From Scenedesmus sp. PABB004 (lineage: Eukaryota), in NCBI GenBank assembly GCA_014905635.1, contig JABVCE010000002.1, positions 1,984,001 to 2,048,000 on the forward strand: a DNA stretch of 64,000 nucleotides, in the 5' to 3' direction. Within the stretch, counting starts at the first letter, position 1; every line of letters starts with the position of its first letter. The translations under genes and the position numbers were made by a program. Shown one piece after another: positions 40,256-50,798 of this stretch. The notes under the pieces are model-generated. The model was not told the origin of the DNA and did not search any database. It saw only the letters and a program-made list of their open reading frames with translations.

Positions 40256-40944
40256 GCAGCAGCCCCGGCGCGGCCGCGGCGCAGCGCTGCCGTGCGCCGT
40301 TTCCGCTGCCCCGCCGCCCCTGCGGAGCGGAGGTGCGGGGCTCCAACAGACTGCCCGGCCACGCGCTGCGCCGCAGAGGTCGGCCGCCGGCGGCCGCGCC
40401 GCGCCGCGGGCCGCGCGCCCGCCCGCGCGCGCGCCGCTCGGCGGCGCCGCGGCGCAGCGCTGCCGTGCGCCGTTTCCGCTGCCCCGCCGCCCCTGGGGAG
40501 CGGAGGTGCGGGGCTCCAACAGACTGCCCGGCCACGCGCTGCGCCGCAGAGGTCGGCCGCCGGCGGCCGCGCCGCGCCGCGGGCCGCGCGCCGCCCGCGC
40601 GCGCGCCGCTCGGCGGCGCCGCGGCGCAGCGCTGCCGTGCGCCGTTTCCGCTGCCCCGCCGCCCCTGCGGAGCGGAGGTGCGGGGCTCCAACAGACTGCC
40701 CGGCCACGCGCTGCGCCGCAGAGGTCGGCCGCCGGCGGCCGCGCCGCGGGCCGCGCGCCGCCCGCGCGCGCGCCGCTCGGCGGCGCCGCGGCGCAGCGCT
40801 GCCGTGCGCCGTTTCCGCTGCCCCGCCGCCCCTGGGGAGCGGGCGTGCGGGGCTCCAACAGGCTGCCCGGCCACGCGCTGCGCCGCAGAGGTCGGCCGCC
40901 GGCGGCCGCGCCGCGCCGCGGGGCGGCCGCGCCGGGGCTGCTGC
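40256..40944. mobile_element. Possible non-autonomous foldback/MITE-like element
   Basis: Perfect 22-bp inverted repeat GCAGCAGCCCCGGCGCGGCCGC (40256-40277) / GCGGCCGCGCCGGGGCTGCTGC (40923-40944) brackets the array; no clear target-site duplication. Confidence 0.35.
40273..40922. repeat. Tandem array of ~4 copies of a ~170-bp unit
   Basis: gcagcgctgccgtgcgccgtttccgctgcccc... recurs at 40281, 40454, 40626, 40793 (periods 173, 172, 167). Confidence 0.95.
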
Positions 40945-42812
40945 CAGTGAATGGAGCAGCAGCACCGGCGCGGCCAGGCGGCAGTGCACGGGCGCTGTCG
41001 CGGCTGCGGCGGTGCAGACCGCCGGCACGACCTGCAGCGCAGAAGCGCCCGGCGGCGGCAGGGGCCCGCCGCCGAACGCGCAGTGCTCATCGTCAGGCAG
41101 CAATCCGGGCGTTTCTCTTGCCCGGGGCTGTGGGTGAATGACCGCCAGACCACCACCGAGCTCCGAGGGGAGGCGCAGCGCAGCGCCTCCCTGCCCGGCA
41201 AGAGCAAGAGCAGGCAGACTCGCTCACTCGCCGCAACAACAGCAAGACCAGGCCACCCACCTGCAAAGTGGGTGCAAGGCTAGGCAGCGGCAGGCGCTGA
41301 TTGATTGATCCAAGCCGCATACTCCATTCCTGCCTTCCATTCCTTTGCACAGGCAGGCGCCCCAGGCGCCGCGCAGAGCGGCGACGGCGTGCCACCATTC
41401 GCCACGCCCACGACCGACACCGACAGTTGGGCCGCATCCCCGCGCCCGCCACGTGGGCGCGCGCACAGTGCTCTGTGCGCCCAGTCGGCAGTGCAGGCCC
41501 CCTTGTGATGCGCGCGCTGCGACGCGGCGCCTCTCAACCGTGTGTGCGGTCGCCATACGGCGCGGGTTGTTGTTATTGCTGCCTAGTGGGAGGGTCAACA
41601 GTCAACAGTCAGTCACTCAGCAACCCTGCAGCCCCGCCCCGCCGCGCAGCGTGCGGAAGCACCCAAAGTCCAAGTCCAAATCAGGAGCCCAACTGCTGCC
41701 GCCCCGCGCGTCTCGCCACTACTACTGCTGCACATGCGGCGCACAGGTGCACGGGTGCGAGCAAGCGGTCGCTGTTGCGCAGAGACCACGGAGGTCCCCC
41801 GCCGACCCGGGACCGCACGCGGACCGCTCTTATCCACAGCACAGCACAACCTTACCCGTCCCTTTGACCCGTCCCCACGGAGGAGAGCCCTGGCACCCCG
41901 CATCAAAATGGCAGCGGCGCGGCCATCAGCGGCCGCGCGCGGCGTTTCACGGCTCAACGCCTGCCCAGCTAGGAGCGACGGCGGGAACGGCGGGCAGTCC
42001 CCGCGGGCCCCCCCTCCCCCACCCAAACCCACCCAAACCGCCAAATCCCATGGCTGTTGACCAGCCAACCAACTCCGTGCAGGCAACACAGCAGAGCGTG
42101 CTCCACTGTGCAGCAGCGCTAGTGCCGCCGTGCTCGTTCATTGGTTCGGAGACCGACAGCCGGCAGCGAAGCATGCACAACCGAGGCGGCTGCGAGCGTC
42201 GCGTGCGGCAAACCACACACACCACGCAGGCGTGCACGCCACCGCTTATGACTGGGAGGGGCGAGACGCCGCCTTGTATTGTTGTAGTTTGTTTGTGTGT
42301 TTGTTTGCCGACCAGCCGCGGATGGGCACACAGTCCATCTGCGCACTGATGTAAGTAGTGGAGTGGAGTAGGAGGTGTGGCCGCCGTGTTTTGAGCTAGG
42401 TGCTGCCCGTTGAGCCACTCGCTCAACAAGCGCGTACGTAGGAGATGGCGAGGTTTGGAAGTATGGAGCCCAGGTCACCCAGCAATGCTGCAGGCAGGGT
42501 GCGTTGCAGCCTCGATGAAGGCGTGGTGTGGCTAGGTGGGCATTCCCGCAACATGCTAGTCGCATGCAAGCACCGCGCGGCGTACGCGCCAGCTCGAGCG
42601 CGTGATGGCACGGCGTGCTGTTCGGTGCGCATGTTATTATTGTTGGCAGTGTGGGTGGGCAAACGCTGGGGTGCAGCGGCGCGCGCCCGCGCGTGGTGCG
42701 CGGATGGCCTGAGGCCACACGCTGCACCCTGCAAGCCCCTCAATTTTTCCACACAGTGAGCAAGCCAAGCCTGCGCCCGGCCGGCGGCCGGACGCGCGCG
42801 CACCGGGCCGGG

Positions 42813-44970
42813 TCACGGCCCCGGGGTGCTGTGCGCCCACGCGCAGGAGGCCTCCTGCTGCTGCAACGGCAGCGGCAGCGGGCACAGCGCGGCGGTGCAG
42901 GTGGAGACGGAGGTCGCCAGCGACGGCAGGTGCAGCAGCGCGGCGCCGCCCAAGGGCGGCGCCGGCGCGCACGTGACCGCGCGCAGCCACAGCAGCTCCG
43001 CCGCCATGCCCTGCATCTGCTCCTGCAGCGCCGCCAGCCGCGCCAGTGCCGGCGCCGCGCTGCCGCGCGGCGCAGCGCACGGCTGGGCCGGCGGCGCGCT
43101 GAGGCAGGCCTGGGCGGCGCGCGGCGGTGCGCACGTGGCGCCCGCCGCGTCCTGGCCCGGCCACAGCGCGGCGGGCGCGCTGCCGCACCAGCTGACTGGG
43201 CTGCTCTCGCACGCGAGCCCGCCGTCGCCGCCGCCGCGGGCGTGCGGCTGCGCGGGCGGCTCGCGCTCAAACAGGCCCGCCACGAGCTGGTCAACCAACT
43301 GCTGCTTGTCGGCGGTCGGCGTGCAGGGCAGGGGCTCCAGCATGGTGCTTATCGCTCCCGCATATGCGGCCACCGCGTCCGCGCGCTGCCGCTGCAGGCA
43401 CGCCGCGCCGCCGGCCGGCGCGCCGGCGCCGGCCGCGCAGCAGCAGCTGGTGGAGCTGTCCAGGCTCGAAAACCGCGGCAGGTCGGCATGCCGCTCCAGC
43501 TTGTGCTGGCGCCACTGCTCGTGCGCCAGCTCTGCCTCCAGCTCGGCCATGAGCAGCGCTTCAAAGTCCAGCTGTGCCGCCTGGCCCGAGCGCGAGCGCT
43601 GCGGCTGCGGCGGCGTGGGCGGCTGCTGCGGGCGCGCCGCGCCCGCCGCCGCCGCCGCCGCCCAGGCGCCGGCCGGGTCGCCGGCGATGGTGCAGCTGCG
43701 CGCCGACGCCTGGGAGGGCGGCGCCGGCAGCACCGAGGGCGCGGGCGACGCGCGGCTCGCCGCCGCCGCGCCGTGGCCGCCGAGCTGCAGGCCCACCAGC
43801 CCGCAGAAGCCGGCACGGCCCACGCCCGACTCGCCGTAGCCCGCGCCGGCCGGCAGCGCCGGGTCGTCCAGCAGCAGCAGCCCGTCCCCGCTGCCCGGCT
43901 CGGCGCTCCACCGCCAGTGCTCGGGCCAGCTGTCCGCCGACTGCGCGCGGCACTCGGCGCCGCAGCGCGCCGCCAGGGCCCCGCCGCCGGCGGCGTCGTC
44001 GGCGCCGCTCGCGACGCGCCGGCGGCGGCGGCGCGGGGTGGCCCGCGCCTCCTCCTCCTCCGCGCCGCTCTCCTCGCAGTCGGAGCACCAGTCGGGGTCG
44101 ACGGCGTGCCGGCCGCGCTCGCTGCACGCGGCGCGCCGCGCCTGCGTCACGCGGCGCTTCAGCAGCCGCGTGCGGCAGCTCCTGCGCGCGGGGGCAGTGG
44201 GGGGCGTGAGCGGGTCGGCGGCGGGGCGCCGCGGTCGGGCAGGCACTGCGCGCGACAGGCTGCGCTGGCGGCGCCACGCCCGCGCGCTGCCCTCGCTCGC
44301 GGCTGGCGCCGGCCTCGCTCGCGCCCCTCTCGCCCCCCTTCTCACCGCTTGGCGCCGTCAAAGCCCTCCAGCGGCTCAAAGCGCCCGCACTGGTGGCAGA
44401 ACCTGTGCGCGCTGCAGCCGCCGTCGCCCGTGGGCAGGAGCACCTCGGCGGCCTGCGCGGCAGCGTGGGCGGCGCGCGGCCGCGCTTCAGCCTGCCGCCG
44501 CGCGCCGCGCGCTGCCGGGCGCGGGAGGCCGGCCGACCGCAGCCAGGCCAGCTGCGCCAGGGGCGGCCGGGCGGCGCACCGTCATGTGGGCCGGGCAGAT
44601 GCGCTTGCGCAGGCAGTAATTTTTATTCACCGCCGCGACGTCCACGCCGCAGCCGTCCACCTGGCAGTACACCGCGCGCGCCTGCCGCACGGCCGCCCCG
44701 CGCTTGGCGCGGCGCGCCATTGCCCCCCGCGCCCGCGCCGGCGCGGCGGCGTCACCAGCAGCGGCTGCGAGCGGCGGCAGGCGGGTGCGCCGTGCGTGGG
44801 GGGGGGGGGGGCGCGGCGCAGCCGACCAGCAGCGCGTAGGTCGCAGGCACACATTGCTGGCCCGCGCGCCCGGGGCGGGCGCCGGCGGCGCTCATCGCCT
44901 CATCCCTGGCGATCGTGCCGTCCCGCAGGCCGCGGCACCCACCTGGCGCGGCGAGCTGCGTGGGGTCCAT
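42813..44970 (-). CDS. SBP-box (SQUAMOSA promoter-binding) transcription factor; start may be 44988, 44970 or 44720
   Basis: YCQVDGCGVDVAAVNKNYCLRKRICPAHMT | AAEVLL...HRFCHQCGRFEPLEGFDGAKR | SCRTRLLKRR; upstream exon MDPTQLAAP splices in frame through a GT-AG intron at 44942-44765. Confidence 0.88.
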
Positions 44971-47856
44971 TGCGTCGCATCCTGACATGAGAGCGCGACA
45001 CTGCACCTGCGTGGCGGCGCGGGGCGAGCAGGTCAGGTGCAGGTCGGTGGCCAGCCCCGGAAGGCGCGCCGGTGCGGCGGCGCCGCGCACAGCGCCGGAA
45101 AAGGCTACGCTGGCAACGCGCGCGGCCCCTCGTGCGGCTTTGCACGCCTGCACGCCGCGCTGGAGACCGCGTTGGGCGCGCACGCACACGCGCTCCGCGT
45201 GCGCGGCGGTGGCCGGCCGCGGGCCGCCCGCGCCCGCCGAGCGCGCCGGTGCGCGCGGGGGCAGCGCCCCGGCGGCGCCGCTGGGCCTCGTGGAGCCCCG
45301 TGCGCGCCAGACACGGGCCCTCGATGGCCGCGCGACGCCGCCCGCACACGCGCTGTGCGTCGCCCGCGCGCACCTGGCCGTGTGCCGGACGAGGAGGCCG
45401 TGGCCGGCGCGGCGCGAGAGTTGTGCGCGCCGCCCACGCCCAGTGGTGCGTGACTGCGTCGGCGAAATCTAGCGTACTTGGTTGTCAGAAGCCCGTCCTA
45501 TGCGCCCCAGCGCGCGCCTGTCTCGCGAGTGAGGGCGCGCAGGGCGGTGCAGGGGCTGGGCGTGGCGGCAAAATCCACTGAAGCCCCAAAGACGACTTTG
45601 ATGGACTGACCCCCCGCGCCCACGGGCCGGGAGCTCGTTCGTAGCCGCGGGGCGCACAGGGAAGCGCAGCGTGGGTTGTTCGGCGGGGCAGCGCCCGCGC
45701 ACGCCTGCCAGGCGGGCGGCGGGCGAGAAATTGGCGCAGCTTCTCGCGCAACCACGCAAACCGATCCGCCACCCCCCGCCCGGCGCGCGCACACCAGCCG
45801 CCGCACCGGTGCGAAGCGCCCCGGGCGCTGCCGGCCCCGGCTGCTGCGCCGGCGCGCGCGGCGGCGGCGCCGAGGAAGGTGCGCCCCGACTGGGTGGCGG
45901 CTGCGTGCGCGGCTCGCTGAGTGGTGGCTGGGCCGCGAGGGAGATGGAGCTGCGCTGCTGGGCAGCCGCCCCTGCGCTGAGGTGCCGGGGCATGCTCTCA
46001 CGCCGCGTCTGAGCTCATCACGGCGGCATGGGTGCCTCGTGACACGTGCGTCAGATCCGCGCGACAGGACCAGGTGCGCGTCACAGCGACTGCAGCCGCC
46101 GCATCACGCACGCGAGCAGCTGGGCCCGCGCGGGCCGGCTGTCGCAGGCGACCTCCGTGGCGCCAGGGGCCAGCCTGCGGCAGCAGGCGCGCGCGCGCGG
46201 CGGGCGCGGGTTGGCGCGCGCCCCGCCGACCCGCAGCACACAGCGCCCGGGCGGCCGAGGGCGGCTGCTGCGGCGGCGGCCCACCGTATCTCTGCCGGCG
46301 CGCCGGCGGCGTCCCTCAGCCTGACCACCCGTGCGAGCCGTCCACCTGGCAGTACACTGCGCGCGCCTGCCGCACGGCCGCCCCGCGCTTGGCGCGGCGC
46401 GCCATTGCCCCCCGCGCCCGCGCCGGCGCGGCGGCGTCACCAGCAGCGGCTGCGAGCGGCGGCAGGCGGGTGCGCCGTGCGTGGGGGGGGGGGGGGCGCG
46501 GCGCAGCCGACCAGCAGCGCGTAGGTCGCAGGCACACATTGCTGGCCCGCGCGCCCGGGGCGGGCGCCGGCGGCGCTCATCGCCTCATCCCTGGCGATCG
46601 TGCCGTCCCGCAGGCCGCGGCACCCACCTGGCGCGGCGAGCTGCGTGGGGTCCATTGCGTCGCATCCTGACATGAGAGCGCGACACTGCACCTGCGTGGC
46701 GGCGCGGGGCGAGCAGGTCAGGTGCAGGTCGGTGGCCAGCCCCGGAAGGCGCGCCGGTGCGGCGGCGCCGCGCACAGCGCCGGAAAAGGCTACGCTGGCA
46801 ACGCGCGCGGCCCCTCGTGCGGCTTTGCACGCCTGCACGCCGCGCTGGAGACCGCGTTGGGCGCGCACGCACACGCGCTCCGCGTGCGCGGCGGTGGCCG
46901 GCCGCGGGCCGCCCGCGCCCGCCGAGCGCGCCGGTGCGCGCGGGGGCAGCGCCCCGGCGGCGCCGCTGGGCCTCGTGGAGCCCCGTGCGCGCCAGACACG
47001 GGCCCTCGATGGCCGCGCGACGCCGCCCGCACACGCGCTGTGCGTCGCCCGCGCGCACCTGGCCGTGTGCCGGACGAGGAGGCCGTGGCCGGCGCGGCGC
47101 GATAGTTGTGCGCGCCGCCCACGCCCAGTGGTGCGTGACTGCGTCGGCGAAATCTAGCGTACTTGGTTGTCAGAAGCCCGTCCTATGCGCCCCAGCGCGC
47201 GCCTGTCTCGCGAGTGAGGGCGCGCAGGGCGGTGCAGGGGCTGGGCGTGGCGGCAAAATCCACTGAAGCCCCAAAGACGACTTTGATGGACTGACCCCCC
47301 GCGCCCACGGGCCGGGAGCTCGTTCGTAGCCGCGGGGCGCACAGGGAAGCGCAGCGTGGGTTGTTCGGCGGGGCAGCGCCCGCGCACGCCTGCCAGGCGG
47401 GCGGCGGGCGAGAAATTGGCGCAGCTTCTCGCGCAACCACGCAAACCGATCCGCCACCCCCCGCCCGGCGCGCGCACACCAGCCGCCGCACCGGTGCGAA
47501 GCGCCCCGGGCGCTGCCGGCCCGGCTGCTGCGCCGGCAGCGCGCGCGGCGGCGCCGAGGAAGGTGCGCCCCGACTGGACGCGCGCCCAGGACCAGGTGCG
47601 CGTCACAGCGACTGCAGCTGCCGCATCACGCACGCCAGCAGCTGGGCCCGCGCGGGCCGGCTGTCGCAGGCGACCTCCGTGGCGCCAGGGGCCAGCCTGC
47701 GGCAGCCGGCGCGCGCGCGCGGCGGGCGCGGGTTGGCGCGCGCCCCGCCGACCCGCAGCACACAGCGCCCGGGCGGCCGAGGGCGGCTGCTGCGGCGGCG
47801 GCCCACCGTATCTCTGCCGGCGCGCCGGCGGCGTCCCTCAGCCTGACCACCCGTGC
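44651..47856. repeat. Direct tandem segmental duplication: copy 1 44651-46335, copy 2 46336-47856
   Basis: Near-identical sequence at offset 1685 (e.g. agccgtccacctggcagtac at 44651 and 46336), then at offset 1522 beyond a ~163-bp indel. Confidence 0.95.
46081..46655 (-). pseudogene. Chimeric fragment: SBP 5' exons fused out of frame to a second copy of the INTS9 3' end
   Basis: MDPTQLAAP | ...MARRAKRGAAVRQARAVYCQVDG then SHGWSG* (stop 46316), followed by the duplicated INTS9 last intron and exon [30 protein letters not shown]. Confidence 0.8.
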
Positions 47857-47968
47857 CACTGCCCCTGGCGCACCGCCGCCGGCGTCCCCTGGGGCGCCGT
47901 CGTCGATGCTGCACACTGCGTGAAAGCCGGCCGCCTGCAGCCGCCCGGCGAGGGCGCGCGTGAGCGAC

Positions 47969-48003
<35 letters not shown>

Positions 48004-50533
48004 CCAGGTCGCTCCCGCCAGCCCTCACCTCCAGGTCGCTCAGCAGGCGGCTGAGCCCAACCTCACCCCACACCAGGCCCTCGCCGCCCGCGGGGAGGTC
48101 GGACTCCGCGGCCCCCTCGCCCGGCGCCACGCCGTCCAGCGGCTCCAGGCGCCACGCGCCGGCTGCGTGGCGCAGCAGCGCCTGCACGCGCGCCAGCGAC
48201 ACAGCGGCACCGCCGCCGCCAGCGGCGCCGTCGTGCGCTGGCAGGGGCGTGAGGTGCAGGCCGTGCGCCAGCTCACTGCTGAAGCTGGCCTCGATCAAGG
48301 GCTCGGGCAGCGGCACCTGCTGGAAGGGTGGGCCACCGCCCGGCGGCGCACCGCCAGCTGCATCAGGCGGCGACGGCGCCAGAGGCGGTGCGCTTGCGCT
48401 GGCGAGCAGTGTGGCGACCTCGCAGCCCGTGCCCGCCCTGCGCGCACGCAGCGCGCACAGCGCGCGCAGCACGGCTCAGCTGTGCGGCCGTGCAGTAGGG
48501 CGCGCGCGCAGCGCGCGCGTGCCACTCACCCCTCGAGCAGCAGCGCCGAGTCCAGCAGCTGCCTGTCCGCCTCGCTGAGCAGCATCCGCCGGACGGGCGG
48601 CGCAGCGGCACGCAGGAGGCCCAGCAGCGCGCGCGGCGTCAGGCAGCCCTCAACCGCCGGCCGCGGGCTGCCGCCGGGGCCGGTGCCGGCCGTGCTGCCG
48701 ACCGGCGCGTGCTGCACCTGCCAGCGCCAGCCACGCCCGCCCGGCAGCAGCCCCTGCTCCAGGCACTGCTCCAGCCACGCCGCGCTCAGCGGGCGCGGCT
48801 CCGGCAGCAGCAGCAGGTTGCGTGCGTCGCCCGCCCACGCGCGCGCCAGCTCCGCGCCCGGCCCTGCCGCCAGGCTCCACAGAGGCACGAGCGCCACGCA
48901 CGGCCCGGCAGCCAGCACCTCTGCCAGCGCGCCGCGCCAATCGGCGCCGCCGTCGCCGAGCGCTGGCTGCTCCCGGCCCGCCGCCGCAGCCGCGCCGCCC
49001 CGCGCCGTCGGCGCGCCGGTGTGCAGGCGCAGCGCGCCGCCCGCCAGCAGCGCGTCGTGCTCAAACGGCGCCTGACCCTGCGCCAGCACGCGCTGCTTCC
49101 GGCCAGGTTCTAAGTACTCGCAGCAGCTGCTGGCGGTGGCCAGCGCGTCGGGGCCGGCGGGCGAGAGATACAGCAGCGGCACGCCGCCGCCGCGCGCGCC
49201 GGCCACGTGCCGCAGCGCGGCCGGGATGTGCTCTAGCAGCTGCAGCAGCGCACCTGGCGCGCGCGGGCGGCGGGCCGGCGTCGGTGTGCGTGGCGGCGCT
49301 GGGGCAGAGCGCGCTCGCGCCGCCCGCTCGCCGCGCGGCCCCACCCGTCGGCAGCAGGGGCACCAGCACGCGCCCGCCGGCTGCGACCGCGTGCGCCGCC
49401 GCGCCGGCGGCGCGGTGCAGCAGGTGCTCGCCCGGAGCGAGCGGCAGGTCGGGGCAGAGGCTGCCGGGCGCCACGATCAGCGCCTCACACCCAGACAGCG
49501 CAGGCCGGTGCAGCGCCGCCGCATGGTTGGAGACCGCCGAGCCGGCCGCCAGGTATGCCAGCCTGCGGGCGGCGGGCGGGCGGCGCTGCAGGCTGGGGCG
49601 GCGCGGGCGGCGCGGCGGGCGCGTCCCGGCCCGGCTGCCCGGCCGGCTGCTGGTGCTGCCGCGCCGCCGCCGCGCACCGCTGGCTGCCGGCGGTGAGCAG
49701 CCACATCGCACTGCCGATGGTGCCGCCGCCGCACGGCCGTGCCTCTGCGGTGAGGGCCCACGGCCCCGGCAGCCTCACGCGCTGCCCAAAGCGCACCACC
49801 TGCAGGCGGTCCAGCACCGCCTGCACCTCGGCGCCGCTGAACAGCGGCACGGCCACGGCGTCCCCCGGCGGCGTCGTCCCCAGCTCCGGCTGCGGCGGCC
49901 AGCCGCCGGGCTGCGCCGGCTGCAGCTGCGCCAGCTGCAGCTGCGCCGGCTGCCCGGGCGCGAGCTGCGCCGTCAGCGGGGCCTGCTGCGCCTCCTGGCC
50001 GGGCGGCGCGCCCCAGTCCGCCCGCAGCGCGGCCTGCGCGCTCAGCAGCTCCAGGGCCGCCTGCTGGAAGGCGTGGTAGCAGGGCTCCGTGCAGTAGAGG
50101 TGCAGCGGCAGCGCCGCGCCGCGCGCCGCCAGCAGCGCGGCCAGGCGCGGCAGGCCCAGCATGGCGTGCGGGCCGCTCAGCAGCACGGCGTGCAGCTCCT
50201 CGCCCGCGGCCACGCGCTCCAGCAGCGGCGGAGTGCGCAGCTCGATGCGCGGCTGCTGCGCACGTGCGCCGCCGCCGGTGCCCGCCGCGCTGCGCTGCTC
50301 CGGCGCCGCGCCGCCGCGGCGCAGCACCGGCGCGGCGGGGCAGTCGAGCAGCACGTTGACGCCGACATGGTGCAGCAGCAGGGACGCCGTGTCGCCCTCG
50401 CCGAGCACCGCCTGCGGCGCGCAGGGTGCGCGGCAGCAGTGATGGCTGCGTTTGCGGCGGCGCGGCGCGGCGCAGGTGCGGCAGACTGAGCCGGGGAGGA
50501 GGGGGCGCATCCGGCAGCGCTCACGATCTTCAT
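47603..50533 (-). CDS. INTS9: Integrator complex subunit 9-like (inactive MBL/beta-CASP protein), multi-exon
   Basis: MKI | AVLGEGDTASLLLHHVGVNVLLDCP, LHAVLLSGPHAMLGLPRL, LYCTEPC, GGTIGSAMWLL, GGRVLVPLLPTG, EYLEPGRKQRV...APFEHDALL, C-terminal [25 protein letters not shown]; collinear with INTS9 motifs. Confidence 0.8.
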
Positions 50534-50798
50534 GGGCCGATCTGCATGAACCGGCCCGCGGCCGCCGCGCTGCCGCCGGTGCGCCCGCGGCGGACTGGGG
50601 ACGCTGACCGCACGGTGCGCTTGCCGGCCCGGGTGGCGGGTGCACGTGGCTGCTGCTGGCCAGCGCGGTCCAGGGCCCCGGCCCGCCTTTGAACCTTGCA
50701 GCGCTCGTTTGCCTTGAAACCCCGACCACGAACCCCGCCGCCGGTATCAGTCACACAAAAGAACCAAAAAACTCTTCGCGCCGCCTGCGCGCCCCGCG

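Noticed and set aside
40273..40922. CRISPR-like array, or a repeat protein from ORFs 39963-41141 and 40041-41207
   Set aside because: Units are contiguous ~170-bp near-identical copies without unique spacers, no cas genes are present, the context is eukaryotic, and the translations are low-complexity in all frames.
41345..42349. 334-aa ORF in the lower-GC island as a transposase or novel gene
   Set aside because: Non-ATG start, no DDE, RT, HUH or zinc-finger motifs, and codon usage unlike neighbouring genes.
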